This document shows positions 51,294 to 63,358 of a stretch of DNA of 64,000 nt, one piece after another (positions within the stretch are counted from its first letter, which is position 1; each line of letters starts with the position of its first letter). This stretch comes from Podarcis cretensis (lineage: Eukaryota). The position numbers were made by a program, and so were the translations under genes. Below the pieces are notes generated by a model, which did not search any database, was not told the DNA's origin, and saw only the letters and a list, made by a program, of their open reading frames with translations. The DNA is taken from assembly GCA_951804945.1 (NCBI GenBank), contig OX638161.1:23126001-23190000 (forward strand), written 5' to 3'.

Positions 51294-53294
51294 GCATTTG
51301 TGGTGAATACGGTTGTCCGTGTCTTTCAGGGTATCTGAAATAGTCGCGACATTATTCCTTTGTTCTGATACTTTTGCAGACCCCTTTTCGATTCGACCAG
51401 GTTTTTATTGTTGTCAGTTTCCAAGCCTGCACTCCTCTAATGGAAACAAAAGATGTTTGACCATAGGGTATATCCTCCTTAACTACAGCTAAGCCTTATA
51501 TGAGATGATTTATTTCCTCTAAGCATGCATTAATGTGGTTACATTTTGCTTTCCAAACTGGTTCAAACTAAAATAGTAGTCTGATCGTTAAATTTCTACC
51601 TGGATATTGAGACTATAAAGCAGCAGTGTGTTTTCCAAGAGATGTTTCTTCTCTGTCTTTTTATTTTCTCCCCCCGTCCCGAGAAAAGCTACCTTCTTCA
51701 AGGTATTTAATACATTTAATGACCATAATTTTTGCACAGATGTTTCTCGGTGTTTGCAGGTTTTCTGTGTATTTTTATATTACAAAGGAGCCAGCCGCTG
51801 CAATAGCTCAAACTCTGACAAGCAAATAGATAATCAAGAAGACAAATGACTTCTTTTGTGCTCCATAGCTCTTGTATTAATTTTCATTTTCTTTCTCATA
51901 CAAAGTATCGAAAATACTGTTTAGGACGAAATAGCATTCCAGTTCTAAGTTACAAATTTTGCGTGTGTGTGTGTGTGTGTGTGTGTGTTTGGAGACGGAT
52001 TAGAGACCATGCAAAGAAAACAGTAATTTTCTCTTTTAAAATCCCTACTCCTGTCCCTAATACGGTCTTAACACGGTTTGTACCTTGGGGCAGAATCCAG
52101 CGGGATGTTCTCCTGCAAACGCACCATTGCAATGGAGGTCGTATTCATTTCAGTGGAGCGTGTGCAGGAGAAGCTCCTGCTGGGTCTTGCTTTGAGCAGT
52201 GCGCAGGAAGTAATTTCCACATGAAGGTTAAAATACTCCAGGAACCTTCCCTTAGGCCACTTGCTATCCATTACTCAAATCGTGTGTTACGTTACTGCTT
52301 TATTGTACTATCAGAACATATATCTCGATGGGGTTGATACCGATGGCCCAATCCGCCATGCTCACTGTGAACTTAATTTTAATGCGTGTGCATAACCTCC
52401 TCTTCCACATAAGATGGCAGACTCTTTCTATGGGAGTCAGTGCAAAAAATAAACAGACAAAAACAACCTTATTGATCCTCACACAGACGCCTATTCACAA
52501 CCCCTTTTATTGTGGAACAATTCTTTAAAGCCATGAGAGTGATTGTAGAGCAAATGGCTTGTTGTGGACAAGCAACCACTGGCCACAATCCACTCACCTA
52601 ATCCAGGATTTTTTTTTACGATAGCGCTGCTGCAGAATGAATCCAAGGTAGCCAACACTGGTGTGATCTTAGCTTCTTTACTTGAAAGTACTATAAATTG
52701 AAATGAATGGGGTTAACTTTCGAGTACAGTACTGCGATGCTTGCAGGATGTCCTGGGACAACAGCGGCCTTTCAACGCAGCACCTAAGAACTTGGTGCCA
52801 GTAATTTTTTTAGTAGCTTCGGATGGTTTCTGGTCCATATTCATCTTACAGCAGACCTTAGTTGGTCGATACTTGAGGACACCATGTGAATTAAGCCCTT
52901 AGGCATTTTGCTATTGTTTCTTACGATGCACGAAAGCTACCCCCTGGCAATGAGGACTTGAGGGACACTTGCGAGTAAAAAAAGAAGGGTGTTGTTGCAC
53001 GTGTATTTCCCTAATCGATGCCAGGATTTTTATTTATTTTTACGCGGAAATAAGTTTGATTTTTAGGTAACTAGAGACAGTATCCCTTTCCCAATGGCTA
53101 CGTTTCCATTGATTTCAGTGGTGCTGGGGGGGGGGGGGCATGTCTCTTGCGCTTTTCAGGGTTACTTCAAGGCATTCCCTCTCTCACATACCCCAAACAA
53201 AACTTTTAAAAGCATATGCTGGTAAGAATGTAGCTTCTATAGAGCCAAATCAAAGCTGGAGAGGGTGAATAGGATTTGGGGTGGGGATTTCTAT

Positions 53295-53435
53295 AGGCCC
53301 TAAAAGTTCACAAGCATTGTAAGCAGACAGAAGCTGAGAAAAATGCGAGAATTATACCGAAAAAATCATTAATCATTTCTTTTATTCAAATACTTATCCT
53401 TTTCCTATTGTTATTCAACAGCAAACCTCCGCAGA
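53295..53435 (+). promoter_or_regulatory. CR3 / late neural enhancer-like element shared by HOXB4 and HOXB3
   Basis: gagAATTAtaccgaaaaaatcATTAATcatttcttttattcaaatac (53347-53393) closely resembles the mouse CR3 HS1/HS2 Hox-binding sequence as recalled; about 2 kb 3' of HOXB4. Confidence 0.7.
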
Positions 53436-53848
53436 CCTTCTGTTGGGAAAAAAAGAGTACCAGGAGCCTTGAATCTTTCAAGATATCTTCAAGAGAAAAT
53501 ATATATCTATATATTAATAGATATAGATATATACACACCTCTATATACATATATACATATTCAAACACACACACACACACACACACACACAAAGTTGAAT
53601 TTTTTTTTTTTTACTTTTTACTTTTTTAAAATGGAAGACTCTACTTCAGACTTGAACACCACCTTTAACCGCCTGGAGAAAAGATGTGGGAAGCTAAAAA
53701 GGTAAAAAAAAAAAACAACCCCAAACATTGTGTGTGTTTTTTTAAAGGCTCGGCTTGTTCTTTTGAAATTATATATTGCTTCTCTTTTAAGGATGGAGGG
53801 GGCGGGGACAACATCAAATGCCTTCTGCTCTTAAAAACGTGCCCTGGG

Positions 53849-53939
53849 AAGCCCGATTCTATGCAGCACGTTTACTCGAAGTAAATCCCACTGAATTGAA
53901 TGGTCTTACTCCCAAGTAAGTGTCCATAGGGCTGCAGCC
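53849..53939. mobile_element. MITE-like element, family A
   Basis: gattctatgca...tttactcgaagtaaatcccactgaattgaatggtcttactcccaagtaagtgtccatagggctgcagcc|tta. Confidence 0.65.
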
Positions 53940-54031
53940 TTAGATGAGTTTGCAGCCTTAAGAGGAAGCCCTTCCTGGTGGTTGTCGTTGTTGTTTTAAA
54001 AAAACAACAACCGGAGTTATAAAGGCGGGGA

Positions 54032-54071
<40 letters not shown>

Positions 54072-55004
54072 GAAGACTGCTAATAAGAGATGTTTTAAAG
54101 GAATTTGAATGGTTTGCTTTTTAAATGTGTTTTTAACAGCTGGGCTTTTGTGAAGAATGCTTGTTTATTTTCTAATGACATTGTGGTGAGGTGGGGCAGG
54201 AGACTGGGTACTAGAATAAAATAGGTGCCTGTTCTAAAAGGGCGCCCTGCCTTTATTTCTCCGTGGGTTTGGAGTAGCTGGGAACCCTTACGCTGTTGTC
54301 CTAGAACTCTTTATGCCAGGCGATGTTGTAAGGATAATGCAATGTTACATATTCCATAACTGCAGATAATACAGAGGAGGCGTGGCTATTTAATTTCTGG
54401 TTTTAAAATATTGCCTTTGGTATTCATGCGCGGGTTTTTGAAGGTTCGCCAGCAGAGGTGTGAGTGAAGAGGTTGTCTGTGCGTCCGTCCATGATCTATC
54501 CATCTGCATTTCAAGGTGGGGGGGGGAGAAGGTTTATATTAGAAGAAATGGAGTTAAGATCTGACCCTGGCGAGCTGCGGACTGAGGATGGAGTTCATCC
54601 AAGGGACACGTTTTCTAAGCGATTAGCCTGGTATTGCAGCTACAGAATGACCCCTCAAACCCCCTTGACCTTTTCAAGACTGGACATTGTGCTCGGTGGC
54701 ATTGCTCTCACGGAAACAGGGGCGGGCTAAAGCAAACTCCGGAGGCAAACGTGAAAACGAGGGCAACACAGAGAACCAACCAACCTCTGGCTTCCTTAGT
54801 CTATCGGTTTTCCTTTTGTGTGTGCCTGGCTTTTTTCTCCTCCTCCAGTCCGGTTATCTTGTCGGAGGCTATGGCTTTTTGTTGTTGCTCATTCCCTAGC
54901 TTTCTTTAGGGCGCACAGTCCAGCAGGTAGTTCTCCTGCGCAATCCTCCTTGAAATGAATGGGAGATGGCCTAAATTTTGACCGGTTTGATGGATTGGCT
55001 TTGA

Positions 55005-55085
55005 GGCTGCAATCCCATACACGCCTAACCTGAGAGTTGGTCCCCTTTGACTTGCTTCTGAGTAGGCATGCATAGGATTGCATTG
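55005..55085. mobile_element. MITE-like element, family A
   Basis: ggctgcaatcccatacac...gacttgcttctgagtaggcatgcataggattgcattg; clear terminal inverted repeats. Confidence 0.65.
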
Positions 55086-55371
55086 TCATCGTGCAGTCCT
55101 CCATACTTTTGGTCTATTGGGTTTTCGTTTTAAATAGGTGCAATCCCTGTGTCGCAAAGTACAGTGGCTATTATTATTTTTGTCACAGTCTTCATCAGTG
55201 GTGGCTGTTGTGGTAGTAGGAGCCTAGCCACCTTTTTCTGCTTTTACACCTTCTTCTTCCCTGGAAGAACAATGAGCAGTATGCTGATATACGTGGTGTT
55301 CAGATTAATTTCTGGGTCCCTGGTGCCTAGATTTGCTGGCTGACTCTAGGGTGACTTTGAAAAAGGGAACC

Positions 55372-55542
55372 TGCATGCACACCATAGAGCTAAGTTTGTG
55401 AAAAGCATGCACACACAAATAATTATGCGTTTGTTAAGGGTTCTGGGAACTGCGACTTTGTGAGTGGAAAACTACAGTTCCCATGATTCTTTGGGGGAAG
55501 TCATGTGATTTAAATGTGCTTTAAATGTGTGGCATGCATGCA
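55372..55542. mobile_element. Different inverted-repeat element (family C)
   Basis: Ends tgcatgcacacca / tggcatgcatgca are inverted; internal tgggaactgcg...ctacagttccca hairpin resembles lizard non-autonomous repeats as recalled. Confidence 0.5.
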
Positions 55543-55795
55543 ATGGAAAGGTGGGGTGACCAGGCCATGAATTCGACACCCCTCCTTTCATCTTGTTTCT
55601 CATCTTCACCCCCTTCCTCACATTCTTTCTACCTTTTATTCAAGGCAAGCTAATGTCATAACAGCAGTTAGCAACGCTCACTGGTAGATGGGTTCAAAGG
55701 CTCTAAGAAAAAGCAAGGAGCCCTTTACAAAAGGTGTCATTGATGGGTTCCTTGATAAACAAGTTTATTTATTGGGCTGGAGGAAAGCACCTTAA

Positions 55796-55886
55796 GGCTG
55801 TAATTCTACATGCCACTTACCTGGGAGTAAATCCCATTTAGTTCAATGGGGCTTGCTTCTGAGAAGACATGCATAAACTCGCAATG
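55796..55886. mobile_element. MITE-like element, family A
   Basis: taa|ggctgtaattcta...cacttacctgggagtaaatcccatttagttcaatggggcttgcttctgagaagacatgcata...gcaatg|tta. Confidence 0.7.
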
Positions 55887-57354
55887 TTATTCTGTTAAAA
55901 TGGCTGCCTTGACCTTCTTTTGTCTTCCTTTAGGTATTAGGCTTCTCTCTCCACCCCCCCTTCCCCATGACAAATTTCAAGTCTTATAGCAAGCATGTCT
56001 TGTAATGATTTTCTGGAGATCTTAGATCACCATACATTGTGGAGTATTCAGGCCCACTAGACTTCTTCAAAAGGAAAATGCAGTGTTATGATGACGTTTA
56101 ATTTACAGTGACTTGGAGAGGACCCTGACTTTACATGGAAATGAAATTTTGTGCTCAGGAGCGACTTTTCCTGTTGTAAATATCTCAGCAGACCCATTTA
56201 TACCATCCCACCTGCAGCCTTCTATAAGGTTGAGTGAGGACACGAACCACAAAGTGGTCCAGAGACTGAATATTTTCCCCCAAATGTGGACATTTCATCT
56301 TCATCTCCAGCTCGCTTAAAACCTGAGTACTGGCATTTAGATCTGTTTAAAGTGAAGCCAGTGGCACAAACTGGGCCTCAATCTACCCTAAGTGGTTTGT
56401 GGACCCGTCTATCCAGGCTCACCAGAAGGAGATCTCTGTCACCCTTTGCAAAATGTTTACTTTTGGTTGTGCAGTTGGACTGTTATTTAAATATCAGCCA
56501 CCAAGGGTGCTGGATGGTGGCTTTTGTAGCAAGATCCCACCCCAGAGGTCCCAGGTTTCCGTACGCAAAGTGGTTTAGGTGCTAAACATTGCCATGAAGT
56601 CTCCATCCTAATAGTGCAAGGTGGGCAGCTATTTCCTGAGCTCCCCATCCCAGACTAGTTATATATATATTTAATATATTATTCTGGTGGATGGTAAAAG
56701 GAAGAACTATTGGTGTTAGACAACTGCATAAGGAGAGCTTAGGGGCGCAGAAGGTCTACTGTGAGATATAGAACATGGCATTTGTTTGTATGTAGGTATC
56801 TGCTTCTTTCTCGTGGCTCATCTTCTTTGTACTGGCGCAACATAGATTTGTATTTAACAACAAACGCGCACAGCAGTGCACGTGTGAAAACGCCACCTGC
56901 AGTTGTGTGGTCTGAAAGCAACCGTGCCTACTGACTGCCCTGTATCCTTCTTTAAAAAGAGGCCTTCCCTAGTCGCAGATAGGCTGAGATTGTGATTTAT
57001 TTATTTAGTGGCGAGGCCAAAGCAGTCTGCACATGTTCTGAAACTCTCTCTCTTCCCCCCTTCTTTATTCTTCATATGATTATTTCTTCGTATTATTTCC
57101 ACTATTATCAGTGCATGTACATATAAACCCTGTCTTTATCTCCTTATCTCCCTTTTCTTCTCTCCGTGCGTTCCTTTGTCTACACACAAGTTGCACGCAC
57201 GCGGGCGCGCGGGGGCGCGGGCGCAAACACCCACCCACAAACCGGATCTGTGTTACAACCCTTCTACCTTTCCCTTTGGAAACGTCCCTTTCAATGACAG
57301 AGAAAGAGGCGTGGATCTTAGCTGGCCAGGGGAGCGGAGTTTGGGAGCTTTCTC

Positions 57355-57460
57355 AGTTTGATCGGTAGCACCCTGGCAGATTTATGATCCCCAATAAAAC
57401 TGGCGTGTTTAAATTCGTAAATCAATCTGCCTTTCCCACTATATAAACGTTCATTTTATC
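57355..57460. promoter_or_regulatory. Candidate Pbx/Hox-Cdx enhancer between HOXB4 and HOXB3
   Basis: AGATTTATGA, CAATAAAA and TCGTAAATCA (reverse TGATTTACGA) within about 50 bp, next to a CpG-rich patch. Confidence 0.5.
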
Positions 57461-59640
57461 TTGAGAGAGAGAAAGAAAAACCCCGCTCGGTTTCTCGCAC
57501 CTACCAGGGCGAGGAGAGGCGCTTCCTTTCCTTTGAACTATAGAAGACAGAAACATCTTTTTAAATCAAAGTTGTTCTTTTTTAACAAAAAAAAGGGGGG
57601 GAGGGATGGGGGGAAGCAGACGGATTTTTGTTTCCTTTGCAACCCAAGGATTATAGACATGTTTTCTTTTCTGCTCACTTTTCTTCTTCTTAAGAAATAT
57701 ATATTTTTATAAATATCTCTTTGCCTCTCTTTTAATGTCTCCGAGAAATCCGCGAGGTTTAAAAAAATCGAAATCTTATTCTGGCTCTCTCTCCATTTTT
57801 CGCTCCTCTGTATTTTTTTAAAAATCAGTTGTTTAAGTGGGCCAAAAAAGCCCGGCTTTTTTATTATTATTCAGTAAGGTCTCTTTACGGCAGTGAACAC
57901 TTGCAGTCAAACCCTCTTCTTTCCCTTGTATCGCCTCGCTTTTTTCGAACCATTTTAAGATTGGTCCCAAACACATTTCTTCTACGATAGCAGGCCCCAC
58001 TGATGGCAGCGGGATTTCCTCCCAATATTCAGAATGGGATGCAACTGAAAAATCAGCGGGATTTGCCGGGGAGTTATGTTAGAGCAAAACCAACGAGCCC
58101 TTTCTTGGAAGCATGATCGAACGAAAGTCAGAATGACTTGCAATGTTCCCATCGAACAAACCCATTGATTCACTTGCAAAAGGGTCCCGACTGATTTATC
58201 CTGGAAGATCGCAGCTTTTACTTGTAAGCAAAGGTGTTTGGGATCGAACCGCGTTTGTTTTCTGCCGTTACGCTTCCACCCCAGAATACTGCGATTGAGA
58301 TTTGGGGTGGGAAACATTAGCCGTGCTGAGAATTCTGCATTTTTGGATTTGATTATTATTTTTTCACACACTCACACAAAATACACCTGGCTTATTTTTC
58401 TCCTTTTTTTAAAGAAAAGAAAAGCTTTGCATCCGTATCACCGGTTTCATGCAGTTAACGCTACATCTGTTACTAGGGTCTGAACAAACCTACCCACCAC
58501 AATCCTTTTGTTCTACAAACCCCATGGTCAGAAAGATCTCTCATTTATTCCTACCTAAAATGTTTTCCCCCTGCGCATAATTGATGTGAGGTTTATACTT
58601 GTCGAAAGCGTTCAGAATAGGAAAGAGATCCCAGTTGTCGAAGTGCCATCAATATGTGCATCTCTCTCTCTCTCTCTCTCCCTTTCTCTGAGAGAAAGGC
58701 AAGCATTCAGCTCCTAGCCCAGCCCGACCACCTCCATCCATCCCACCACTGCCATTGTTTGATTTGATGTTACCGTCTGTTTAAGACGCTGCCTCACAGG
58801 CCCTTATCAGTTCCATTGTTTAGTGGAGGGATGCCTATGTTTCTTTATTACCTGAAAAACTAAGTGCGCGTGAGCACTCTTTTCTGCAAATGCCATAGCT
58901 GCACACACCTTTTACTTCCCACTTCTACATGTTAAAAAAAAAAAATGATGGTTTGGATATGTTTGCACAAGCGTGTGCTACTACGCTTTGCATTCTTATT
59001 GTCTGGTGCAAGTCAGAGCGTTCCTTACCCAGCGTCTTCAGATTAAAGGAGGCTCTATAGCTCTTCGCTTCCATCACCAACACCAACATCCCGGCAGCTC
59101 ATCTTAAACTCTAAATCTGTCTCACAGTTTCTATTAGAATGATTCCTATCATTGTGGTGGTGGTCCTCGAGCCCTTTGCACTAAACAGAGCCAATAACCC
59201 CAAAGCTACTGAGCATGTTTACTATAGTCCCATATATGTATAAAGAAAGGTGGAGGAAGAGAATTTAATAGACTGAAAAGGCTAAAGAGAAGGGATGGAA
59301 TGGGTGGGCCAGAAGAACGGGGGTGGGGGGGTGGGAAATGAACAAGGAAGCAAGGAAGGATCCACCTGGATACCCAATAGTTTACAGAATGACTGTAATC
59401 TCTCTAAATAATCTGAATGGAAGAAAGTTGCCCACTCCGATATAATATCTGTACATGCATCGCTCCTACTCCTTAAACATATGGATATATATATTTGTTT
59501 GTAACACGTAGTTTCATAATGTTATGCTCCCCACACACATTTAAGTGTGTTTGTGTGTGTATATACTGAATATGTACACATGCATGCACAAGATTGAGTG
59601 TGTGTAAAACATGAGAGCTTGTGTGATGCGACATATGTGC

Positions 59641-59711
<71 letters not shown>

Positions 59712-59809
59712 GAGCACACACGGTCCTGATGTTCCAGCGGAAGGTCACAACGGCCCTCATTGTGCATAGGAAACACAGAGAAAGAGAAAGATAACCCCCT
59801 ACCCCACGC

Positions 59810-59925
59810 TCCCCAAGTCACGTGATTCATTAAATAATTAATGCAGAGGTTGCAGAATAGATATGTATTCGTCAGGAAAATCGCAGACATGGTCTCCTTG
59901 TGTCTGACGTGAAATTCAACTGTCC
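59810..59925 (+). promoter_or_regulatory. Conserved-type element upstream of HOXB3 (E-box plus homeodomain sites)
   Basis: aaGTCACGTGAttcATTAaaTAATTAATgcag...ctgACGTgaaattc; a second TTTAT/TAAT/GTAAAA/TGACA cluster at about 60220-60280. Confidence 0.55.
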
Positions 59926-60065
59926 TTTAAAAAAAAAAGCGCTCTCTCTCTCTCTCATGCACAGACACACATACACATACACATACACACACTCTCTCTC
60001 TCTCATAAGCCTATGGGGGGGGGGAGAGAGAGAAAGAGGGGAAGAGAGAGTGTGTGCAAGAGTAT

Positions 60066-60114
<49 letters not shown>

Positions 60115-60346
60115 AGTGAGAAAGGGCTGCAATAAAACATTTCTCAGGAAGCAAGAAACCACGCCGAGGGCTGGACTTATTGTAAGTAGCGGGAGATCCC
60201 GTCTTGCCTCCCAGTCTGTATGTCCATGTAAATTTATTGTTTGTTATTAATGTTATTGTCGTAAAATGTGACAAATAGCCATCTTCATTTTCTCCCATTT
60301 CTCTTCACCCCGTGGTGGTGTGTATATTTATACCCATCCAGGCATT

Positions 60347-60385
<39 letters not shown>

Positions 60386-60421
60386 CACACACACACTTTT
60401 CTCTTTTTCTCTCCTCAAACC

Positions 60422-60466
<45 letters not shown>

Positions 60467-60628
60467 TCTCTCCCCCTCTTGATTTATTACAATAAACATG
60501 TCAGCCCCAGCAGCAGCAACAGACCTTCTCCCATTGTATGTGTGTGCGTCTTTGGGAGAGAGAGTTGTGTTGTTTATGGCACCGTCCGAGATAAATCATT
60601 TCTCAAACGAAAATGATGTGTGATCTTT

Positions 60629-60668
<40 letters not shown>

Positions 60669-62640
60669 TCTCTCTCCCTAGAGTTGATTATTTCAGACGA
60701 TTTACTGTAATTGATCAAAACCTAATGTGGAAACTGTATAGCTGGGGGTCTTAAATTAAAGCATCTGTGATTACCAATTAAGGAGAGATTTGTATAAATT
60801 TTGGGCAATCCTGGAACCAGAAAAACGTCAGAGTCGCGGCTAGCAGGTTTTTGTTTTTGTTTTTTTGAGACCGGGAGATTCTCTTCCAGAATCTTAAAAA
60901 GCAAAACAAAAAACAAAACAAAAAAATTCGAAAAGCAAGCAGCAGTAGGAAATGTGGAGAGTTCTTGTATAGGTGACTGGCTCGTGAGGTGTTTGTTCCA
61001 GGATGAAGGGCACAATCCACCGGGAGATTTTCTTGCCCGTGCTCTTCCGCAGCTCCCCTTAACGGAGCACACGAAGAAGAACTTCCCTGTGGATATTGCC
61101 TAAAGTCACATTTCACGTGTGAGAAATCCAGGCGATAGGCGTATTGTGTTGTTCATGTTGATTAAAAATAAACGAATGAATAAAGTAGTCACCTCTTCAG
61201 CGAAGGACATTGGAAGACAGACTGAGATGTTAAATTTGCCTGTGTCTGAAGTGTACCAAGAAACGCACTCAGTTGAGACGATTGGTTCGAGTTGAGTGAA
61301 AGGAGCTCTCTGTGTGTTTTGTTTTGTTTAAGTTTCTCATTTGAGGCTACAGTAGAACAATAGGCGTCACTTCTCAAACCTGTGGTAGATACCCAATGAT
61401 GACAGAACAATAGGACCCCCAGCAGGAACTCTGGTTTGGGGGGCCTCCCCTCTACCCCCACCGCAAGTCTACTTATGTACTTCTCTGAAACAGGAATGCT
61501 ATTATTATTTAAGGATTTTCGCTTGCTTCTGAATTTTGTTTCGCTTTCTTGCGCGTTAGAGATGGGTGATATTGTGGGTAGCAAATAGCACGTTTTGTGG
61601 ATTCCATAATAAGGACAGGGTTCCCATCATAAAGCGGGCTTTATGGGTAGCAGAGGCACTTTATAAACTGGCTTAGTAAGCTCACAGGAAAGTAGAAGGT
61701 GGCTGGCTGGATGAGTAGACAGACAGATTCCCTGGGGGGAAGCTTGGTAATTTTGTATATCAAACGGCATTTCATTGAAGTTGCCACGGTCTTATTTAGC
61801 ATGTAAGCAAAGTCAATGGCAGTGATAACTCTAAAGTCCGCTGCAATGTATTTCTTTTCGTCCTGATTCTTTTGTGCTACACTTAACCTCTTGAGGTTTG
61901 TGTGTTTGTGTGTGTTATTTTGTGCTTGGAGGCAATGTGACACTCGGTTGTAAGAGGCGGGGTGGAGGGAGGTGGGGGCGCAGAGCCGCAGGTCCTGCAA
62001 AATTCGCCACGAGTGGATGGTGCAGCTCTTGAAATAACCGGTCGTGGTAGTCTTTGGCAGCTGGTTGAGGAAGGGAAGGCGCTGGAGGTTAAAGATGCCG
62101 TGTAAGGCAAGGAGAGCTTCGGGGCGAAGGGCGCCAAGGGTTGCCCTTTGTGAAATACAAAAGGTCTCAGAAGTTGGGGGCGGGAATGTCCCGCTCAGGC
62201 TAGGAATCGGCAGTCCCCCAGTCCTAGCTGGATCGAGAAAGTGAGGCGCTTCAAAGAGCTGGAAGGTGAAAGTCAGGCTGGGCGATTCCTCAGTTAGAAA
62301 CAATAGCACAACTTGCAATAGGCAGGGAGCGCACAGAGCTGACAGGCAAGTCCAAGGGAAGATGGGAACCTCTCACGATACTCAGCTGAAGATCCCCCTA
62401 CCCATTGTCTCCTTTGCTAACCAGCGGAGTTTCTTACGCCGCCCCGAGTGCTGCTATTTTACCCTGTCTGCTAGTGTAAACCTTTATGTAGTGCAATTAG
62501 ACCAACACGGTGATTTTCATTAAATATGAATGGCGACAAGGAGGTGACTTCGAAGAGCCCAGGGGAAAAGCCAAGAGTCCCTTCCTTCCTTCCTTCCTTC
62601 CTTCCTTCCTTCCTTCCTTGAGATTTTAATCAAGAGACAC

Positions 62641-62717
62641 TTCCCTTTCCTCTGCATATATGGGTTTGGATGGATGGTTTTCATCCATCCAAACTCATAT
62701 AGAAGGAAAGATGGAAA
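62641..62717. repeat. Inverted repeat / long hairpin
   Basis: tatatgggtttggatggatg-gtttt-catccatccaaactcatata: 20-bp stem (one G:T), 5-nt loop, imperfect basal extension. Confidence 0.9.
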
Positions 62718-63245
62718 GATGGAAGGATGGAAGGATGGGTGGAAGGAAAAAAGGAAGGAAGGAAACTAGAAAGATTTAGGGGGGGAGTGAGTTGGGGAGG
62801 GATATACGAAGGAGAAAAGAAAGGGGGGAATATATCCTAGTTGTTTTTAGAAAATCACATAATACTGTACCCTAAACATATGGACGTGGCATTATTAATA
62901 CCCTCTCCCCTGTTAAATCATCCTGGCCCAGATTCCATCCTGATACGGGTTCTGCAGGGGGAACCCCCAGCGACCAAGCCCTCCTCTCCTCTTTGCTTCT
63001 GAAAGGGGCTCTTGAATGTTGGTGGGTGTGATTAGAGAGGTGGGATGGGGAAGCAATGCGCGGTAAACAGGATCGCTCCCATCCAGCTCTCCCTTTCTGG
63101 ACACAAACTTCCCAAGTCCTTGCGGGGGGGGAGGGACTCTGGGTACGGACCTCGCAGGAACATAAGTGGTGGTGGTGTCAAAAAGGCTTCCGCACGCCAG
63201 GGAAATAGGAATGATTTCAGCAGTAGGGTACCCCTAAGCACATAG

Positions 63246-63358
63246 AGTTATATGCAACTAAGTTCTACTGAGAGCAGACCTATTGAAATCAGCAGACGGA
63301 CGTTGGCTGTTAATTGCAGTGTCTCTACTCTGAGTAGGATGAACACTGAATACAACTC
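63246..63358. mobile_element. Palindromic MITE-like element, family B
   Basis: gagttatatgcaactaagttctactgagagcagacctattgaaatc...tctctactctgagtagga...gaatacaactc; inverted ends; related to 2326-2451. Confidence 0.6.

Noticed and set aside
61641-62318. 225-aa minus-strand ORF, the longest non-Hox ORF
   Set aside because: TTG start, no domain or transposase/RT motif recognised; length is compatible with chance in 64 kb across six frames.
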